Origin: Candidatus Thorarchaeota archaeon
GTDB lineage: Archaea > Asgardarchaeota > Thorarchaeia > Thorarchaeales > Thorarchaeaceae
NCBI GenBank assembly: GCA_048882325.1
Contig: JBHLRS010000019.1
Span: 1 to 60,074, forward strand
Length of the DNA: 60,074 bases
Direction: 5' to 3'
The notes beneath the pieces were generated by a model that saw only the letters and a program-made list of their open reading frames with translations, was not told the origin of the DNA and did not search any database. This document shows, piece after piece, positions 1-13,100 of the stretch; within the stretch, counting starts at the first letter, position 1; every line of letters begins with the position of its first letter. The translations under genes and the position numbers were made by a program.

Positions 1-3000
1 GTAACAGCTACCTTGACTATCACTATGGCTGATACAAGACTCTATCGTGCACCAAATTCATACGTCTTTAACATCCAGATTCTCGCACATGGCACATCAA
101 TGACGGTCACTGGTGTTACAACGACACCGTATGGCAATCAGACATATCTGACAGTCGCTCTGACGGATTTAGAAACTGGTGGGCCTGTTCCTTTTGGGTC
201 AGTTGCAAGCATTGAACTACAACATGCTTTTGGTACAGACAGCGGATTCACTAGCTTTGACTACGTTTTGGACACTAGTGCATGGCCTGTGGGAACTCAC
301 ACAGTCACAGTAGTTCTTACAATACTTGGTGGAGAACCTTACAACAATCCATCAAACTATCAATTTCAAATAACGATTCGGAGCATGTCTACAGTTATGT
401 ATCATGATCCATCCCCATTAAACTTCCCATTAGGAGCAGACTTCTCTGTGGACCTACGTCTCAATGTCAGCGAACCTGGACCTAACTATGGGAATCCAAT
501 AACCGGCAGAATAGCTGGTGAGTTCTCTGTTCCTGGATACGTTATCTCTATTGGCACGACCGAGCAAGCGGTTGGCCGTTACAAACTATCAATCAGTGCG
601 TCCTATTTCACAGGAGGAACCTATCAGATCATCGTATTCTTCACATCTGCAGACAATGTGTATGCAAACACATTCGTTGTGATTCAATTCCTCTATCGAG
701 AAGTAGACAGCACCTTAACCTCACCTAACTATCCACAAGTAACAACGCCGTATCAACTAGATGTGAAGATTGTACTCAATTACACTGACATTGACTTTGG
801 CTCAGGAATTGAAGGAGCTACCATCACCTCTCCAGATCATCCAACTTGGATTGCAAATTGGAGCGATAACGGGTTCGGCATCTATGGCGTCTGGATTGAT
901 GTTTCAACACTAAGTCAAGGTATATACTATCTTAATCTTACAGCTGATAAGTCAGGTATAATCGCAAAGACTCTGGAGTTCCGGATAGTTATCAGGTCTG
1001 CGTATACTTCAGTAATACCAACTGTCGGTTCCTTAAACATTCCAATTGGTAACTCATATGTCTTCTATGCTGAGTTCACGGACACAGACAGACTCATTCC
1101 GATTGATAATAGTTCAGCACCATATACCCTTGTTAGTTCAACATGGGGGAACTTCTCTGTTGTCTATGAGTCACTATCAGATATGTATAGAATCACATTC
1201 TACACATCAGATTCTGACACAATATCCCAAAATATCGTTTACACCTTTACTTTCTCAAAAGGTGCCAACTATCAGGTTGCAGAGTTCACCATCACAGTTT
1301 CAATTCGGACTCACAACACCGATTTCCGAATAGTTAGCTCTATCGAGCCAACTAGTACAATTGGTATCTTCAACATCTCCGTCTACTATGGAGACCTCGA
1401 TAATGCTATAGGAGTCAAGTCCGCTTCAGTTGACTTCTGGGTCGAGAATGCTTCGGGTGTTGTGAGCTCAAGTTATGCTTATGACTTGATTCTAGGTGAT
1501 GGATTCTATATCATCCAGGTACCTGCAGCTCAGTTTGGACTAGGGCTACAAACTCTCACAGTCCATGCAGACTGGACTGGAGTTGTAGCGATATATCAAG
1601 ACAAGTCATTTGTCACAACTGCGAATGTAGTCGGTCGAGAATCTGCCCTCACACTTCTTGTTGGTTCCGCGCCGACTCCATACAATGAAGACATGGCATA
1701 CACGTTCTTGTACAGTGACTTGTTCAGCAGTGTTGGCATTGACAACCTGACAGGGAATGTCTTCATCTATGTTAGTTTCACAGGTGAATCAGTCAGTCCG
1801 GATGATGTCGTGATTGTTGACCTATCATTAACTGAGGCTGGTAACTACTCTATTCAATTCAATACTGGAATCTTTAGTAGAACTGGACTCATATACATGA
1901 ATGTCTTCGTCAACTGGTCAAAGGGAGTGTCTCCTTATTATGCAAACAGGACTGATGTGGTTTCCCTTACTGTTTTACGAAGGGACACATTACTCTCTAT
2001 TTCACCACCATCTGCAACCAGTTACAATGAGAATGCTACCTTCACACTCACCTTTGAGGACATTGGTACTAGTACTCTCATTACAGGTCTCACAAAAGAT
2101 CAGATTGCTCTGAACATCTCCTTCTCATTAACTGAAACAGCAGGCGTTTACACAATTTCGTTTAACACAAATCAGTATCCTAGTTTAGGAACCAAAGCTA
2201 TCCGCATTGATGTGACATGGACGGGCGCTCCATTCTATGCCAGTCGGATTGGTAGAATAACCTACATCAATATCATCTATCGCGAAACCTACTTTGAATA
2301 TCTTACTCCGCCACCCACACCCTATGGTGACCAGGTTATATTCAATGTGACATGGACTGATATAACAAGCGGAGCTTCTGACCCAATCACATCTGCGACT
2401 CTAGAATTAAGGGAAGGATCCACTCCGATTAATCTGGCTGAGTATTCCTATTTCGAAATCGCTCCAGGAATCTATCAAGTGACCTTGAACACAACCTATG
2501 TGATGGGTCCCGGTACTGATACTCTGCGCATAATTATTTCAGCTGGAGTATTTTACATAGCTGACAGGACTGTGGACCGACTGTTCACAGTTGATTATCG
2601 TTTGACAGTGGTTGCAGCCAATCCAGTAGTTGATGTTCCTTACAACTCTTCAATTCTAATCACCCTCAATTATCTTGACCAGTTTACAGGTCAATCTATT
2701 ACAAACGATTCTGCTCATGTTACAATCTTGGTGACAGCACCCTCCGGAGCGGTCTTCACTTCATCTTGGATTGTCCAAAGTCAGGAGTATGAACTCGTAA
2801 TTCATTGGAATCCAAGCTGGAGCCCAATTCTTTGGGCTCCGGGAACTGTGCATGACTTTACAGTTGAGATGAGCTACGACTCTATAGCTCCTTTTTATGA
2901 TGCTGACACAGTATCAGGTACTTTCAAGATAAGGATTCGAGACTCGACACTTGCTCTAGACACAGAACCTGAAACAACTCCCTACCTAGATGATGCTATC

Positions 3001-6000
3001 TTCATTTTAGATTATACGGATGATGATGCAAGTGGTACTGGAATCGAAGGTGCCCTTGTAAACATATTAGACAATAATTCAATTCCTCTGAACCAAGGTG
3101 TCGATTACATAGTTTCCGATGCTGGAGGTTTTTACACCATAACGGTCCATTCAACAGCACTCGGTACTCTCGGTACTCATACATTGAGGGTTCAACTCAA
3201 TTGGTCAGGCGCTCCATATCATGAGAATGTGACTCGGAATGTCAATGTCCTAGTTCGCCAGAGGGAAACTAATCTTGACATTACTGTGCCTCCATCGCAA
3301 ACATTGTACTTCGATGATGTTTCCTTCACTTTCCAATACCTCGACGTTGATGCAGACATTCAGATAACAACCATCACTTCGACAAACATACGTCTCAGGT
3401 GGCCAAATAGCACAGTGATCAATTCTATCCTCTACACTGTGAACCAAGTCGGAGGATTATATGAAATCATAATCTCATCAACAGTGTTATCCACTAGCAC
3501 TGTTTCTGGATTGTCTCTTCGCGTAGAAATCGATTGGGATGGCGGAACAGCACCATATTACAAGGATGACAGCACGATTGTAAAAATCACAATTACAAGA
3601 AGAACTATGCTTGTTGAAACCAGTCAGATTGAGAGAACTCCCAAGGGTGACCTTCTCAACATCTCAGTACTAATCACAGATCTTGACAGTGAATTACCTG
3701 TAGACAACGCTATAATCCTCTTCAGCTGTCGATTCAACCCAAGCATGAGTTACTCAAGTGCAACTGGGTTCGGATATTACAACTTCACAATTGACACATC
3801 AACTCTGTTAGGTACGGGGACGTTCCTCTTTGACATTGAGATACAATGGGATCCTACTCGTGCACCGTTCTATGCTAACCGCTCCGTCATAACACTAACT
3901 GGCTTGGTTGATTTAGTTAGAACAACCTTCACTGTAGATATAATCACTCCCTCTTCAGTACAATACACTGGAACTGTGTCCTTACTAGTGACATGGCAAG
4001 ACCTAGATCATGGAGTGCCAATGACAGGTTATGCAGGAATCCTCAACTATAGCATCAATTATCTCGCTGGAGGAAGACCTCTACTGCTAAATGTATTCGA
4101 AACTGGGACTCTTGGCGAATATAATATCACATTCAGTACCTCTGATCGCACAATCGGAGCTCATACACTTGTTATCATTGCAGAAGTATCTCCATATTCA
4201 CCTGTAACTGTAACTCCACAGTTTAGTGTTGTTCCAATAAACACTGAATTGACGCCGATGGTAACATCAATCACAGATTATTGGAAGAATATAACTCCAA
4301 TTTCTGTCGATTATCTAGACCTGTTTAATGGCGTGCCTATATCAAGTGCTGCTAGCGTGACTTGGTCCTATGCGCCGTTAAGTCTCGGTGGTATTTTGAC
4401 CGAGGTTGGATCGACAGGAACCTATGAGGGTTTGGTTGATACGAATGCTTTCGAAGCTGGTACCTTCGTACTGACAATCACAGCCACAAAGAGTAGTTAC
4501 AGCACTGCGATAACTACGATAACACTTGTTGTACTACGGATTCCTAGTGAGATGTCTATCATATCACCCACTAAACTTGTCTATAATGTGAGCAGAGGAG
4601 ATCCGGTCTTTGTGCAAATTGAACTTATGGATCCCACAAGTGGTTTCCCGATTGGGAACACAGCTGTCCTAAATGAATCTGGCAATTATCAAGTCTATGC
4701 GGAGCTGAAAAGTGAAAGATATTACATGCTCTATGATGTTGGTAATGGATTGTGGAATGTAACAATACCTGGATCTGCTACTGTTCTTGAAGCTTTGTTG
4801 TCCTATGATGTGCAGATTTTCGCAGGTTTCAAGAATTACGATCCAGCTGTTGCTCAATTCACACTCTATATACAACAAGCATCAACGCAACTCAAAGTAA
4901 TTGGATTGCCTGATCCAACCAAACATGAAGTCTACTATCTTCAAGAGGTTACAATAGAACTCAATTTCACTGCCCCAAATCTTGACATGTTGATTGACAA
5001 CGCCAGTGTTAGATGGTTGGACTCAACACGGAACATTTCACTTGATTTCACATCCATGGGGAATGGAATTTGGAGTTTGACCTTCAATACTTCGATTCTT
5101 GGATTTGGCACTGTGGGAGTTTCATTCTATGGTTCCCCAGCCAATTCAACACTTGCTGATACTCTGACAAGTATGACATTGACTGTCAAGAAGATACCAA
5201 CTTCAATTGATGGCCCCACAGAACTCCTCAATCGTGTATGGGGTTGGCAAGGGAATATCGCACTGAATTTCAGTGACGACTATAATGACAGGAACGTTGC
5301 AGGAGCCACTGTGACTTTCAACTATGGAAATCTCGATTTTAACGCAACAGATCTCGGGAATGGTACATATGTTCTGTACATTGACACAACAATTTTGGAT
5401 TCAGGTTCACGAGAGAAGATATCAACATCATTCATTCTCGCAAACTACGAAGAGCGATCGTTTAGTTTCTACATAAATGTAGAGGAGCGTCCTACAGAGC
5501 TAATAGTTTCTTATCCTGACCAGAATCATGTTTCATTCATTGAAGATGTGATTACTCTAGAGCTTACGATGGGTGATGCTATAGACATCTCCCTATTCTA
5601 TAACGATACTAATACTATTGGTGGACTTCTTGGAGGTATCGAAGGTGCTAACTTCACCGCATACACCGAGCTCAGAGCTCCCTCTTACTTCTCTGGCTCT
5701 AGGACTGTTGTCTTCATCGATGGATTTGGTTACTATAATTTCACCTTTGACACAAATGATGTAACACTATATGATCGATATCCCGGTCCTACTATTCTCG
5801 AAGGCGACTACTTTACCTATACCATCGAGATTTTCTCTGAACACAGAGCCCTGCAGAAAATCGAGATTAGAATCAGGATCATTGAAACTCCAACAGAGAT
5901 CATATTCGATGGCGACGTTGTAGATCCGGACACTAACATTGTCTATACAATCACAAATGGTGAGGAAGTTGTCTTTGACTTCTATATCCGTGATACATGG

Positions 6001-7026
6001 CATGATGTAGGTGTACCTAGTGCAAGTTACTCCTTCACTTCTGGCGCGACCGCAATCATTAGTAGTAATACCACTCTCGGTGCTGGCAATTATCGACTTA
6101 TTATCAGAGCTGTAGATTACGGTGGAGACTCCTTGCTGACCGTCACATTAAGCACAGAATTTCATGATGATGTGGAGATGAGCTTTCTCATTCATACAGA
6201 ACCTAACGATTTCGATATTCTCTTCCGTGACTTCACGAGAATTGGACTCCCAATAAGCTTGTTTGTCATCTTATTGTTGGGTGCCTATGTCCGGGTTTGG
6301 AGTGTGCCAAAGAGAATCAGACAGATCAATGGGCAGCTCAAGGCACTTCGCAAGGGTAAAGTGCCCAAACCAATTGGTGATGTCAAGAGTCGACAACAGC
6401 TTGCAGCAGAACTCTTCAACGATACATTCTCCGAGTTCAAGATCACACGAACCGCAGCCCAGATGCCCGAGGATGCGATACCGATTGAGGTTCCTGAGAT
6501 GGGTGAACTGCTCATGCAACTTGCGATTCTCACCAATCTTAGTCAAGCAGAACTTGACGAGTTCCAGGCTGACATCAACAAGATGAAGATGAGTGAGCAA
6601 GCCGCCTTTGTGAAAGAGGTCATCATGCAAGAGGCTATCCGTGCCGCACGTCGTGATGGCAAAACCATTGAGGAGACCTTGGCTACAGTAGAACAGGAGG
6701 CCATACGTCGCCTCGGTGGAGAAGAAGAGATTGCTCCTGTTGAAGTTGTTGAACCTGAAGAGACTGAAACAGTCTTCCTGGAGGAAGGGAAAGAAGCAGA
6801 GGTCACCGAGGAGAAGTCCCTCTTACATAAGGATGAGGTCACTGAAGAGGGTCCAGAAGTAGCCTCAGAGAAAATGAGCCTATATGAGATTGAGGAGCTC
6901 CGGAGAGACCTCGAACGTAGAGGCGTACCTCCACATGAGATTGATACCATTGTCGAGCAGGCCAAAGAGCTGCCTCGGGAGCTTGTGGATGAACTCGTCA
7001 AGAGTCTAGAGGGTAAGAAGGACTAG
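1..7026 (+). CDS. Giant type-I membrane surface protein, 5'-truncated by the window; ~100-aa Ig-like beta repeats, C-terminal TM helix and cytoplasmic tail
   Basis: Frame is open from base 1 (gta aca gct acc ttg...). Recurrent TPY...D.D.G...G.Y.I..nT motifs and many N-x-S/T sequons. TM segment IGLPISLFVILLLGAYVRVW at ~6241-6300, then a charged tail. Colinear with the 7177 protein from about its residue 930 onward. Confidence 0.9.
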   Translation, partial: VTATLTITMADTRLYRAPNSYVFNIQILAHGTSMTVTGVTTTPYGNQTYLTVALTDLETGGPVPFGSVASIELQHAFGTDSGFTSFDYVLDTSAWPVGTHTVTVVLTILGGEPYNNPSNYQFQITIRSMSTVMYHDPSPLNFPLGADFSVDLRLNVSEPGPNYGNPITGRIAGEFSVPGYVISIGTTEQAVGRYKLSISASYFTGGTYQIIVFFTSADNVYANTFVVIQFLYREVDSTLTSPNYPQVTTPYQLDVKIVLNYTDIDFGSGIEGATITSPDHPTWIANWSDNGFGIYGVWIDVSTLSQGIYYLNLTADKSGIIAKTLEFRIVIRSAYTSVIPTVGSLNIPIGNSYVFYAEFTDTDRLIPIDNSSAPYTLVSSTWGNFSVVYESLSDMYRITFYTSDSDTISQNIVYTFTFSKGANYQVAEFTITVSIRTHNTDFRIVSSIEPTSTIGIFNISVYYGDLDNAIGVKSASVDFWVENASGVVSSSYAYDLILGDGFYIIQVPAAQFGLGLQTLTVHADWTGVVAIYQDKSFVTTANVVGRESALTLLVGSAPTPYNEDMAYTFLYSDLFSSVGIDNLTGNVFIYVSFTGESVSPDDVVIVDLSLTEAGNYSIQFNTGIFSRTGLIYMNVFVNWSKGVSPYYANRTDVVSLTVLRRDTLLSISPPSATSYNENATFTLTFEDIGTSTLITGLTKDQIALNISFSLTETAGVYTISFNTNQYPSLGTKAIRIDVTWTGAPFYASRIGRITYINIIYRETYFEYLTPPPTPYGDQVIFNVTWTDITSGASDPITSATLELREGSTPINLAEYSYFEIAPGIYQVTLNTTYVMGPGTDTLRIIISAGVFYIADRTVDRLFTVDYRLTVVAANPVVDVPYNSSILITLNYLDQFTGQSITNDSAHVTILVTAPSGAVFTSSWIVQSQEYELVIHWNPSWSPILWAPGTVHDFTVEMSYDSIAPFYDADTVSGTFKIRIRDSTLALDTEPETTPYLDDAIFILDYTDDDASGTGIEGALVNILDNNSIPLNQGVDYIVSDAGGFYTITVHSTALGTLGTHTLRVQLNWSGAPYHENVTRNVNVLVRQRETNLDITVPPSQTLYFDDVSFTFQYLDVDADIQITTITSTNIRLRWPNSTVINSILYTVNQVGGLYEIIISSTVLSTSTVSGLSLRVEIDWDGGTAPYYKDDSTIVKITITRRTMLVETSQIERTPKGDLLNISVLITDLDSELPVDNAIILFSCRFNPSMSYSSATGFGYYNFTIDTSTLLGTGTFLFDIEIQWDPTRAPFYANRSVITLTGLVDLVRTTFTVDIITPSSVQYTGTVSLLVTWQDLDHGVPMTGYAGILNYSINYLAGGRPLLLNVFETGTLGEYNITFSTSDRTIGAHTLVIIAEVSPYSPVTVTPQFSVVPINTELTPMVTSITDYWKNITPISVDYLDLFNGVPISSAASVTWSYAPLSLGGILTEVGSTGTYEGLVDTNAFEAGTFVLTITATKSSYSTAITTITLVVLRIPSEMSIISPTKLVYNVSRGDPVFVQIELMDPTSGFPIGNTAVLNESGNYQVYAELKSERYYMLYDVGNGLWNVTIPGSATVLEALLSYDVQIFAGFKNYDPAVAQFTLYIQQASTQLKVIGLPDPTKHEVYYLQEVTIELNFTAPNLDMLIDNASVRWLDSTRNISLDFTSMGNGIWSLTFNTSILGFGTVGVSFYGSPANSTLADTLTSMTLTVKKIPTSIDGPTELLNRVWGWQGNIALNFSDDYNDRNVAGATVTFNYGNLDFNATDLGNGTYVLYIDTTILDSGSREKISTSFILANYEERSFSFYINVEERPTELIVSYPDQNHVSFIEDVITLELTMGDAIDISLFYNDTNTIGGLLGGIEGANFTAYTELRAPSYFSGSRTVVFIDGFGYYNFTFDTNDVTLYDRYPGPTILEGDYFTYTIEIFSEHRALQKIEIRIRIIETPTEIIFDGDVVDPDTNIVYTITNGEEVVFDFYIRDTWHDVGVPSASYSFTSGATAIISSNTTLGAGNYRLIIRAVDYGGDSLLTVTLSTEFHDDVEMSFLIHTEPNDFDILFRDFTRIGLPISLFVILLLGAYVRVWSVPKRIRQINGQLKALRKGKVPKPIGDVKSRQQLAAELFNDTFSEFKITRTAAQMPEDAIPIEVPEMGELLMQLAILTNLSQAELDEFQADINKMKMSEQAAFVKEVIMQEAIRAARRDGKTIEETLATVEQEAIRRLGGEEEIAPVEVVEPEETETVFLEEGKEAEVTEEKSLLHKDEVTEEGPEVASEKMSLYEIEELRRDLERRGVPPHEIDTIVEQAKELPRELVDELVKSLEGKKD

Positions 7027-7050
7027 ACGCACCTAGTCCCTCTACCTTTT
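7020..7050 (+). terminator. Hairpin GGACTAG-ACGCAC-CTAGTCC followed by a pyrimidine/T tract
   Basis: Inverted repeat overlapping the stop codon, followed by ctctacctttt. Confidence 0.45.
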
Positions 7051-7176
7051 CTTATATTCTTCGAAAAAAAGAGAGAATTCACACGACATGTATTGATATA
7101 GATTTCAACTAATCTCATAGTTTAGTGATGAGTCTATCATTCAGGAGACGATAGACCCCTAAAAATCAGAACCACA

Positions 7177-10100
7177 ATGGTGCCGAGTATGAGGAAAAGC
7201 AGTTTTCTTTCCCTAGTCTTAATTACGTTGTTCATGTTTAGTCTTGCAGACCTGTCAGGAAATGGTACTCTGGCAACTGATACGGGACCGATACTAAACT
7301 ATCAAAATCAGGTCTCAGAGGCTGGCGGCACCTGGGTAGGCACTGGGTCTTCTCTGCCAGTTTCCTTCACTGGTACATTCACAAATAGTGATACTTGGAT
7401 AGATACTAGTACAACCCTCTCCTCTGATTTCACAGCTGGAACCTCTTTTGAAGTATCCAACTCAAGTACAGCGAAATGGACTGCTTACATTCTGGTTTCT
7501 CCACCTGCTGAGGTGGTAACTCTTAGTTTTACCGTGGACTATAATGAGACTGAGTGGCGGCCAACAACGCTCACCAATCCAGTTGGAGTTGTCATGACCT
7601 ATGCAACTGACTGGTGGTACGATGCTGGTCTTGTCTATGTAAGTGAATCTGCAGTAACAACGCATGGTGTATGGAAACTCGAATTCACAGCAATGAACCA
7701 TCTGCTTAATCTTGAGCTTGGTCTAAGCACTGGACCTTTGGGAACTACATCTAATTTCGTACTCAATAATGAGATACTGTTTCGAGGTACAAGCACTTGG
7801 ATTACTGGTTCCTCGACAGAATTTGTTCTGACAGACCCAACGGGTACTGTATGGCACTCAGCAACTAACACAACTGTAGGTTCCAATTCACATCTCCTTC
7901 AATCATTTCAATATAGGAAGGACATTACAATCGATAGGTCAAGACATCTTGGTACAAGCGTGAACAATTTCCCAGTCATGATTGATATCACAGATGCAGC
8001 CCTTCAGACACACGTACAAAGCGATGGTGATGACATCATCTTTGCTTCTGGCGGGAAAATCCTTTCACACCAGATTGAGTTCTTCGATCAGGTAACAGGT
8101 CATTTGATAGCTTGGGTCAAGACGAATCTGACTGGCTCAGTAAACACAGTCATCAGTATGTATTATGGAAATCCGCTTCTTGGTAATATGGAAAAACCAG
8201 AAGATGTCTGGACTGAGAGCTTCGCCTCTGTCTGGCATCTTGATGAGGCTGCTACAGCTGGACAAACAACATCGACTCATTATGACTCCACATCTGGAGG
8301 GTATGATGGAACGCAAAGTGGGAACTATGATGACACAGGAGCTGTCGGGAGTGGGCAGCACTTTGATGGCGTCAATGATCAGGTAGTCATTGCTGCGTCA
8401 AAGTCACTTGAGCCAACAGGTGATGTTGAGATTTCGGGTTGGTTCAAGCTTGATGTACCACACAACGCATTCTCAAGTTCAACGAAGATTCTGGTCACTA
8501 AGATGCTTGATGGTGACAATGATATGCACATTGCGCTTGTTGGGACTGACTATACAACAGCAGCGGCTTCTGATGGCAGTCTCGTTTTCAAGACTGAAAA
8601 TAGCAATGCTCAGATGTACAAATGGACCGCTCAAACAAGCTGGCAGGCTGGAGTTTGGTACTACTTTGCGTGTTTCATGGATGCCAGTACTCCAGCAAAC
8701 AACAGGATATACGTTCGAGCAATTCAAGATACTGCCGGAACAAGCGGAGGAACCACATTTGCTAATCTTTCTTTCATTGCAGATTGGGGCATTGGTGGTG
8801 GACTTATTGACCAAGTAGTAGGTAATCTTGCTTGGTTCGATGGCGTAATTGATGAGGTTCGTGTTTCCAATGTGGCAAATGGTAGGTCTGGAGCATGGAG
8901 AGCGGCTGAATGGTCCAATCTTAATGATCCCTCCACATTCTATTCAGTTGGTTCAGAGATTGAGAGAACCTCTCCTGATCCTCAGACAAAGAAGACTGTT
9001 GATGCCACAGCCATTGCTGGTTCATGGATTGTCACAGCTTACTACAATGATTCGGGTAGTTCAGTGAACTTTCGCGTAGGAATGTACGAAAGAGCCTTTA
9101 CCATTAAGCAGGCATCTAAATTGAGCCTCAATGCTCCTACCGATGCTGTCGGAGATAATATTACAGCGGCTACTATTGGTGATTCTGTCTATGTTCAAGT
9201 TGAACTCACTGATGACTTCACTTCTTCAGGGGTTATCGGTGCAACCGTAACTACCAATTGGACTATTTTTGGTACAGGAACTAACCTGCAATTCTATGAT
9301 GAGGGTGGAGGTCTTTATGGGCTAGTTCTAAATACAACCCAACTTGAGGATAACATACGATGGAGGCTTAATATAGAGTCAAATCATCCATACTATACTT
9401 ATGCAGAAATTCAACTCTTTATTGATCTCAGCCATGATACTGTTTTGGGTTTCAATAACGTAGACTCAACACCTATAGGATTTGACTTCACAGCGACACT
9501 AGTCTATGTAGATACTTATGGCGGTAGTCCAATTGCAGGTGCAACAATCACATTTGCTAATGGTACACCTGTGAATGTTGTTTCTGAACTGAATGGTCAA
9601 TACAATATCTCTCTATCAACCTCGGGACTTAGTGCTGGGGTATATACATTCAGATTCAATGCTACAAAGTCAGGTGCGCTTCTTGAGATGGCCAGTGTGG
9701 AGATTACATTCATTCTTAGACCTCACTACACTGCAGTATCAGTTTCTGGTGACCTCTTGACACCATCAGGCTTCAATACTCCCGTGACTGTAGTCCTAGT
9801 AGATTTGGATACAGGAAGCCTTGTTGACATCAGTAATGTGGCCTCGATAACATTCACGACAACAAACTATGGGTCTCCATTATTTGGAACCTTCACTCCT
9901 ACTTTGCTTACAAACTCATGGAATGTCGGTGTAGAAGATATCACAATCACTGTGAGTATGTCAAGCTCGGATTACTATGCTCCAGATGCATATGATTTCC
10001 AAGTGACCATTAGGAAACACTACACCTCTGCAACAGTCATTGGAAATTTGGTGACTCCGTTTGGTAACAACACACCTCTGACTGTGGTTTTAGTTGACCT

Positions 10101-13100
10101 TGATACTGGTGGAAGTGTGGCTGTAGCGGCTGTTGATTCCATCGAGCTAGACTCGATCATCTATCCTCTTTACTTCGATGGTTCACCCTCTAGTTTCAAT
10201 GTACTCCTACTGACAGGTGATGACTCTTGGGCTGTTGGATCCCGGACTGCGACTCTAAGAATCGTGATGTTGGTGTCATCGATATACCAAGATCCAACAG
10301 ATTACGCTTTTACCGTGACCATCAGAAGCATGGCTACGTATCTCTATAATGAACCAAGCGACCTCAGATTTCCAAATGGTGACGACTTCTACATCGCTTT
10401 AAGGTTCAATGTAAGCGAGATTGGTCCTAACTATGGTGACTATATAGCAGGTCTCACAGCTGGCGAATTCGCGATTAGCAATGGGACCTTCACTTATCCG
10501 AAGACAATCAACAATTTTGGATTTGGAATATACAATCTTACTATTGCTGCCTCTTATTTCCCTGAAGGCACCTATACAATCTATGTGACAGTTAATCCAT
10601 CTGATCCTCGCTATGCCTCAACCCAACTAGTTCTGATCTTCGACTATCGACCGACGAGAACTGATCTGACATCTAACATCTACACCATCTCGACACCTTA
10701 CGAACATGATGTTGTCGTCACATTATTCTTTGAAGACCTTGACAGGAGCCTTGGCATTACTACTGGAATAATAACATCACTGGATGCCACAATTGGATAT
10801 GTTCACACAGGCGGTGGTTACTACGATGTGACCATTGATGTTACAGGTCTAACTATCGTAGCCAGCCCTCACATAATAACTCTGACTGCTGATGCAACGG
10901 GCTATGACTCCCGCGATATCGACATTACTATTATCATTACTGAAATTCACACCGATGCTGAACCCTCGTTAATATCACTTGACATGCCTGTGGGTGACAT
11001 CAAGATATTCACAATTGACTTCAACGACCTAGATAACGGTGTCCCCATAGGTACTGCCACAGTTACCCATAACTGGACCGTTCAGCCCAATGTTGTTGTG
11101 TCTTGGACTGGAACCAACTGGCAGGTCACATTCACTACAACAGGTTCTGACCCTCTAGGTACCTATACAGTCTGGTTCAACTTTGACGAAGGTTCTGGTA
11201 ACTATCAGGATGGTTACTGTGAGATTGAGGTCATTGTAAGAAGTCATACAACTCTGTTCAACTTGGTCAGTGCAGTCGAACCAACACCGTTCAATGGTCT
11301 CGTTAATATCTCTTTGAGATACTGGGATTGGGATAACAACGTTGGTATCGATACTGACACAAATATCTCCTCCACTGTGTGGAATGGAACTGCTTGGATT
11401 CCTCACACACTTGTTAATGATCCCGCTGTAGGTTATTACACAATACAGATAGATGCGACTCAATTCAGCCAGGGTGTCCAGAACTTTGACATCTACTTCA
11501 CATGGACTGGACTTGTCCAACAATATGAGGACAAAACGACGACTGCATCGGTCAACATAATCGGAATTGACTCCCAGCTTACTTTACTACAGTCCTCGGA
11601 ACCAACTCCGTACCTTGATTCAATGTTGTATATCTTCAATTACGCTGAAACCAGCGGGCTTGGTATTACGAATTCCAGCTATGGTGGAGGAAATGTACAC
11701 ATCTCTGTTAGTTTTCAAGGTGAAACCGTCGATCTTGGACAAGTAACGATTACAGAGATTGATCCAGTCCTTCAACCTGGCGACTATTCAATCTCCTTCA
11801 GTACAACAATCTTCGGTAGGACTGGACTCATCTATATGAATGTCTACATCAATTGGTCTGCTGGTGTGGCACCATACTACACCAATCGATTTGATGTGAT
11901 ATCCGTTCGAGTGCTTCCACGCGACACTGTCCTCTCTGTTGTATCTCCAACTCCAGAATCTTATGGTGAAAACGCTACATTCTCTTTCACTTTTGAGGAT
12001 GTCACAGGTGGTGCAAGCGTTCCAATAGATGATAACCCTGCAATGAATGTGAGTCTAAGTCTGGCAGGTTACACCTTGACATGGAATGGTGGCACTCACA
12101 CATTCACTGTGTCATTCAATACAAGTCAATTTGGTGCTCCTCTAGGACAGAAGTCATTCACTCTTAGTGTAACTTGGTCCGGTACTCCTTACTATACCAA
12201 CAGAACTGGTCACACTGTCTTCATTACTGTAACTGCACGTCAGACAGTATTCGACTATCAGTCACCTGCACCAACCTCATATCTCAACAATGTGACAATC
12301 AATCTTGACTGGACTGATGTTTCCGGTGCCGCCACACGGGGGATTGAAGGAGCTACTATCACACTTCTAGAAGGTGCAATTCCAATCTCAAGTTTTTACT
12401 ACACGGTCTATGACATCGGAGGAGGCCTTTACGAAGTGGTGCTCAACACGACTGCTTTTGCTACTCCTGCAGACTATGATCTTACTATTGAGCTAACAAC
12501 TGGCTATTTCTACATCAATAATGTCAGTTCTCACCGTACTCTCAGAGTACTGTATCGACAATCACTTCTTTCCGCAGAACCTATTGGACCCACGCCATAC
12601 AATTCTTCCCTTGTCTATATCCTCGACTTCTTGGATAGAGAAACATCGGGCACGATTGGAAATGAAACCAGTCTTGTTTCTTTAAGCATCCTCAATGGAA
12701 GTGATTGGTTCTTTACAGTAGAGTGGATGTCTGGATTCGAGTACTACGAACTCACCATTTTGACCTATAACCATCCCGAGCTTGTAATTGGTGTGGAGTA
12801 TGTCCTACAGATAGAGGCTTCATTCTCCAATCAGGTGCCTTTCTATGGATCTGATGACACCTTTGTGTTCTTTGAACTCAGAACTCGCGCCTCTACAGTT
12901 TCTCTCATCGACTCGCCTGATCCAACTGCATATCTCGAAAATTCAGTGTTTAGGGTTCAATACCTTGATACAGACAGTGGTATAGGAATTACAGCAGATA
13001 GTATCTCCATTCACAGAGGTGTATTCACACTCACACCTGGAACAGATTATATCCTATCTTTTGAAGGCAACGGACTCTATTTTGTTACTTTGAATACGAC

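Noticed and set aside
6543-7001. Ser-rich antisense ORFs opposite both giant-protein tails (also 16332-16643) that resemble each other
   Set aside because: Shadow of the Glu-rich conserved sense-strand coding sequence
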